Assembly (NCBI GenBank): GCA_030704615.1
Contig: CM060734.1
Coordinates: forward strand, 30,442,001 to 30,506,000
Length of the DNA stretch: 64,000 bases
Origin: Takakia lepidozioides
Lineage: Eukaryota; Plantae; Bryophyta
Direction: 5' to 3'
Under the pieces are notes generated by a model, which saw only the letters and a program-made list of their open reading frames with translations, made no database searches and was not told the origin of the DNA. Shown here piece after piece: positions 61,887-64,000 of the stretch (its first letter is position 1; the number at the start of each line of letters is the position of its first letter). Made by a program: the position numbers and the translations under genes.

Positions 61887-63751
61887 ACAGATGTGGCCGC
61901 TCCTAGCAGCACACTAGCTGCCGTAGCCTTGGCAACACTAGGTAGTGGTGCTACCCGTGTAGCTCTCCCCAATGGCATAGTAACCTCCGCCTCGGTAACA
62001 GTCGGGCGAGAACTAGGTGCCATGGATGGCGTCGACACTGTCTCCGCCAATGTGAATGACTGAGGAAGCCTAGCCTGACGGCTTGCCTCCCCACGCTGTG
62101 GATCCAACTCCACCTCTGCACCTCGTGGCTCAGGAACTCGTGCTGCTCCTCGAGTCACGGCTGCAGCAGACTCCACCTGCACTAGTGGTAGTGCTGCTCC
62201 ACACATGAATCCCATGCCTCCCATATCTCCTCCCTCAGGAGCAGGAGGTGGACCATCCGGCCTTAGAGCCGGTACCACCTGAGCTGTAGCCATGGCAGCG
62301 AGCCTCTGCTCTAGCTGCTGAAGCCGGTTGGCCATGCCTTGGTCAACACCCTGACCTCCGCGTCCTTGGCCACGTTGAGCTTGCCCTTGGCCTGCACCTC
62401 GTGGCTGGCCACCTCGTCCTCTCTGGGCTGCTCCACCTCGCCCCCGGCCACCATTGTTCCCTTGGAACTGGCCTGGGCGCAACTCAGGATGCAAACCATA
62501 ACACTGGGCCTCTCCATGCCCGTGCTTGCCACAATGCCCACACTGCAACTGTGCAGGCTGTGCATGTGCCGACCCTTTGCCTCCCTCTGGGCAATCCTTC
62601 TTGACATGGGGTCCTCCACATGTCCAGCACACCACATCCGCCCGTTGTTGGCCAGCAAATGAAGGGAGAGACCCCTGCATCTGAGGTCCTCTCTGCCCTT
62701 CCCTGAGCTTCACCTGAGCCCCCTTGTTGCCTTGAGCACGTTGAGGTAGTGGTTGGCTAGGAGCACCACTACCCCGTGGTGTCTCCTTAGCAAATCCCAC
62801 CATGACCACTCGTTCCTCCACCATGTTGAGCTCTATCCGCTCTGCCAGCAAAAACACATTTGCTAAGGTGGGTTGGGCCGCTTGTAGGAGAGTTGCATCC
62901 CGCACCCTTCTCCTCAGCTCCTTGTCCAATATCCCATACCAGAATTGGACTGCCTGAGCTTCCGTAACCCCTTGGGTTACATTTATCAAGCGCCTCATGC
63001 GAGTGAAAGCCTCCCTCAAGCTCTCGGTCGGCTTCCGTTGGAACTCTTGCAAGCTCCGCAACTTCTCTGTCCTCACCCCTTGGTAGTTCCCTCTCAACTC
63101 TTCGAAGAACTCCACAACAGGGTTGAAGGCAGGCACGGGTGCTAGTGCTGGTGCGGTAGTGGCTTGGGTGGACGTCGTAGCTACTGTACCACCAGTCCCA
63201 CTGCTGCTTGCTGAAGCTGCCGGTGCAGCGGCAGGTGTAGCCACTGCCCTCGTGGCTCTAGTGCCCCTAGTGATGGAGACATAGTCGGGTGACCAGTACA
63301 TCCTCCACTCCTCGATCTCAACCTCATGCCCCCGCCTGAACTCATGGTAATCATCCATAGGCGGCCCCTCAAGGTGCTGAAACAGCCCTTTCCATGCCAT
63401 GAACGGCGTAAATAGTTGTGGATTGCGCATTTGCTGCAAATCACACCAACTATCAAACTCTTGGATAAAATCATCCAACTCAATGGTGCCCACCGCCCCA
63501 GAGTACCTTCGTGGCCCCTTGGTAGCTCCATACATCTCCTCCATTGTGTCCCACAACAATGGCAAAGAAACAACTTGCACCGCCGGTATGAGCCCTCCTG
63601 ATTCACAATCCGAATCAGAACCTTCCGTGGAAGACACAGGAGGTGAAGGTGGCCTAAACCGCACACCTCGTCTCGTGTACCCACTAGTATCGCTAGTGCT
63701 CGAACCGGCACTGTCCCCAGCAACTAGTGGCACCTCCGTGTTGACACTCAA
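61838..63751 (-). CDS. Gag with two zinc knuckles
   Basis: Capsid-like LRSLQEFQRKPTESLREAFTRM...FWYGILDKELR; knuckles CWTCGGPHVKKDC and CGHCGKHGHGEAQC; RGG-rich nucleocapsid region. Confidence 0.88.
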   Translation of the reverse strand: MSVNTEVPLVAGDSAGSSTSDTSGYTRRGVRFRPPSPPVSSTEGSDSDCESGGLIPAVQVVSLPLLWDTMEEMYGATKGPRRYSGAVGTIELDDFIQEFDSWCDLQQMRNPQLFTPFMAWKGLFQHLEGPPMDDYHEFRRGHEVEIEEWRMYWSPDYVSITRGTRATRAVATPAAAPAASASSSGTGGTVATTSTQATTAPALAPVPAFNPVVEFFEELRGNYQGVRTEKLRSLQEFQRKPTESLREAFTRMRRLINVTQGVTEAQAVQFWYGILDKELRRRVRDATLLQAAQPTLANVFLLAERIELNMVEERVVMVGFAKETPRGSGAPSQPLPQRAQGNKGAQVKLREGQRGPQMQGSLPSFAGQQRADVVCWTCGGPHVKKDCPEGGKGSAHAQPAQLQCGHCGKHGHGEAQCYGLHPELRPGQFQGNNGGRGRGGAAQRGRGGQPRGAGQGQAQRGQGRGGQGVDQGMANRLQQLEQRLAAMATAQVVPALRPDGPPPAPEGGDMGGMGFMCGAALPLVQVESAAAVTRGAARVPEPRGAEVELDPQRGEASRQARLPQSFTLAETVSTPSMAPSSRPTVTEAEVTMPLGRATRVAPLPSVAKATAASVLLGAATSVCQAPLFSATMIATPG

Positions 63752-64000
63752 CCGGTCATGAACATGTCCCTAACCCCCTCTCCACAAGGTAACCGGGTAG
63801 AGAACCTGTTGCGGCTTATGGTTTGGAATACTAAGTTCCTAACATAGCCTACACCTGAACTTGCATGACCATGGGAATATCATGAAGATACTCCTCAAAC
63901 CGCCCTCCACGAGCTTCAAAATTCGGCCTTCCAGACCACATGCCAGTCCTTAGTCCACCAGTGCCTCCACAAGTCAGCACAGGCCATCCACAGGTCAACA

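Larger units (their letters stand above)
55479..64000 (-). mobile_element. Ty3/gypsy LTR retrotransposon B encoding a DNMT3-like methyltransferase and a PHD finger (5' end beyond the window)
   Basis: Three long consecutive ORFs (637, 768 and 991 aa) in gypsy order, a PPT at 56185-56198 and a TG...CA terminal repeat. Confidence 0.95.

Noticed and set aside
55479-64000. DIRS/Ngaro tyrosine-recombinase retroelement
   Set aside because: It encodes an aspartic protease and an rve DDE integrase, and no tyrosine recombinase is visible.

Overview
Eukaryotic genomic DNA, most likely from a non-seed land plant (inferred from spliced plant genes, a CLE peptide gene and Replitron transposons). There is one 500-N assembly gap at 12349-12848. 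The centre (about 18-50 kb) is gene-rich: a GH35 beta-galactosidase (BGAL17-like), a CLE precursor, a plastid-type class I SAM methyltransferase, a tafazzin-like acyltransferase, a conserved uncharacterised plant gene and a long-TIR non-autonomous DNA transposon. Both ends are nests of transposons. The left end holds a decayed LINE, a decayed Ty3/gypsy element with LTR and PBS, a SWIM-encoding MULE-like TIR element and a decayed copy of a PHD-finger gypsy element. The right end holds three broken Replitron (HUH endonuclease) copies, an array of palindromic 32-bp repeats and a near-intact minus-strand Ty3/gypsy element. That element is the main finding. Its domain order is Gag - protease - complete DNMT3-like C5 cytosine methyltransferase - (single in-frame UAG in a CARYYA read-through context) - RT - RNase H - DDE integrase - C-terminal PHD finger. 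It ends in an unusual A-B-A terminal repeat. It therefore encodes both a chromatin writer and a chromatin reader. All calls come from motif recognition by eye; no searches were run.
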